Virus record (IMG/VR): IMGVR_UViG_3300036945_000596
Location: 1 to 44,508 of that record
Strand: one strand, 5' to 3'
Length of the DNA stretch: 44,508 nt
DNA from: a virus
Lineage: Duplodnaviria > Caudoviricetes
Part shown: piece by piece, positions 43,006 through 44,508 of the stretch
Numbering within the stretch: the first letter of the stretch is position 1
Layout: every line of letters begins with the position of its first letter
Translations under genes and position numbers: made by a program
The notes under the pieces: model-generated
Databases searched by the model: none
Told to the model about the DNA's origin: nothing
What the model saw: the letters and a program-made list of their open reading frames with translations, nothing else

Positions 43006-44508
43006 TCACATGCGTGCGTAGGGGTCGTAGTCCAGCGAGTTCTGTGGCGTGGCCTCGCGGTCCAGGTAGCGCATATGCGGGACCTTCGGCGTCTCCATGT
43101 TGGCCAGCACCAAAGCGCTTGCACGGTCGGGCGATCGGCCCACGCGCTTGACGATGTCCTCGCGCGACTCGACCTTGATGGTCATGCCCGACAGCTCCCA
43201 GCGTGGGGCGCACAGCTCCTTGAGCAGCTCAGGATCTGGCGGCAGGCAGATGCCGTTCTCGCACTCGGGGTCCAGGTCCTCGCGCATCACCCACCACAGC
43301 TGGCTGCGCAGGTTCATGAACGACAGCCGGCCCGACTTGTCGAAGCGCGTGGCCTTCTCGCTCACGTTCACGCCGTACACCGGCTGGCTGGCCTCGTTAA
43401 GCACGTCGTAGGGGCTCGCCCCCACGCCGATCACGTCCAGGTGGATGGGTGCATGGTCGCGGTGCTCGGCGATCACCAGGCCGGCGACGGTGCGCCCGCT
43501 CGGCGTGTCCTTGCCTGCGTGCATCTGCAGCCGGTCGAACCAGTGCTCGGTGTCCTCGGTCTTGTAGCGCTTGGCGATGACCGTGTTGTCCTTGCCGCCT
43601 CGGGCCACGTCGACGCCCAGGCTCATCAGCTCGCCCTTGCGTGCGCGCTCCTTCCAGCGCTCCTGTGCGATCTCGACCCAGCGCGTGGGGATCACCTGCC
43701 AGGGGTCGTCCTCGATGCCCGCCTGGAAGTCGCCCAGCAGCATCTGGCTGCGCAGCGGCTCGGGCAGCGCTTGCAGCTGCGCCATGTAGCCAGTGGACAC
43801 CAGGAACGGGTTGTCGGTGATGCGTGAGGGCACGAAGGTGCGCGACTCGGGGCGCACGATCTCCTCGGGCCGGTAGCGGGCGGGGTCGAAGTTGTAGGTG
43901 CGCTGGCCAGCGACCAGCACGAACGGCCGTGGGTCGTTGTCCACGATCCAGATGTCCTTGCCCGACTCGGGGTCCACGTACACGTAGCGCAGCTCGCCCG
44001 GTGCGGTCGGGTACAGCGCGTGCTTCTTGTCCAGCCAGGGCGCGAAGAAGTCGATCACCCACCGGCCCTCGGCGCTGGTCGGCGGGTTGAAGGTCAGCAG
44101 CGTGCGCGTGCGCTGGCCAGGCCGTGTGGTTCGCACCCAGCCCTTGACGAAGCGCACCTGCTGCTCGAGGAAGTTGGCCGCCTCGTCTATGACCAGCAGG
44201 TCCTTGGGTCGGCCCTGGTACTTGGTTTCGTCGCCCAGGTTGGGCATCGAGTTGAATTCGATCTGCCGATCGTCGTCGTCGCGGTACACGGGCGGGTTGC
44301 CGTTGATCAGCTGCCGGCTGCCCAGTATCTCGGCCAGGCGGTCGATGATGCCCTTGAGCTGCGGGCCCTCGCGGCGAAACACCTGGGTGCGGTAGTGCTG
44401 TGTGAGCGACAGGCCCACGGCCAGGTCGGTCTTGCCGCCACCGGCAGCGCCACCAAAGCCGATCACGTCGGCCGAGCTGTTGTAGGCCATGGTCTGTGGA
44501 CCAGGCAG
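43006..44508 (-). CDS. terL: Terminase large subunit (5' end probably beyond the window)
   Basis: Frame open to the edge (LPGPQT-MAY...). Walker A GGAAGGGKT, Walker B LLVIDEA, TFNPP, nuclease GVDVARGG.D, SPDRA. Confidence 0.92.
   Translation of the reverse strand: MPGPQTMAYNSSADVIGFGGAAGGGKTDLAVGLSLTQHYRTQVFRREGPQLKGIIDRLAEILGSRQLINGNPPVYRDDDDRQIEFNSMPNLGDETKYQGRPKDLLVIDEAANFLEQQVRFVKGWVRTTRPGQRTRTLLTFNPPTSAEGRWVIDFFAPWLDKKHALYPTAPGELRYVYVDPESGKDIWIVDNDPRPFVLVAGQRTYNFDPARYRPEEIVRPESRTFVPSRITDNPFLVSTGYMAQLQALPEPLRSQMLLGDFQAGIEDDPWQVIPTRWVEIAQERWKERARKGELMSLGVDVARGGKDNTVIAKRYKTEDTEHWFDRLQMHAGKDTPSGRTVAGLVIAEHRDHAPIHLDVIGVGASPYDVLNEASQPVYGVNVSEKATRFDKSGRLSFMNLRSQLWWVMREDLDPECENGICLPPDPELLKELCAPRWELSGMTIKVESREDIVKRVGRSPDRASALVLANMETPKVPHMRYLDREATPQNSLDYDPYARM

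Noticed and set aside
1-44508. Complete circular genome or terminal repeats
   Set aside because: The terminase frame runs off the right edge, no small terminase gene is visible and the two ends do not overlap, so a segment is missing.

Overview
Nearly complete genome (~44.5 kb, GC-rich) of a temperate podovirus-type tailed phage with BPP-1/BcepC6B-like gene order. The host is probably a betaproteobacterium (inference). Left part: HTH gene, repeat-rich putative origin, primase-helicase, divergent Cro/CI-like switch and small early genes, then DUF2800 nuclease, SSB, family A DNA polymerase, VRR-NUC, SNF2-like helicase and DUF3310. Right part (minus strand): terminase (5' end cut by the window edge), portal, scaffold, capsid, cement, tail adaptor and nozzle, ejection proteins, tail fibre and lysis genes. 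No integrase is visible. At the early/late junction there is instead a dif-like site (13795-13822: good XerC arm, exact TGTATA core, degenerate XerD arm) directly upstream of an HTH-DUF3653 gene resembling XafT of the TLC satellite phage. This suggests a tailed phage that integrates at the chromosomal dif site using host XerCD. Other notable signals are a P4-CI/P1-C4-like structured leader RNA plus 10-aa leader peptide in front of the primase, a TAGCR-NN-YGCTA operator family, a family of late promoters (GTRTCCRTG-17 bp-[-10]), and a 2775-aa polyvalent ejection protein with ParB-like, HhH-glycosylase-like, ADP-ribosyltransferase-like and HEXXH modules. All family assignments were made by eye from motifs and synteny; no searches were run.
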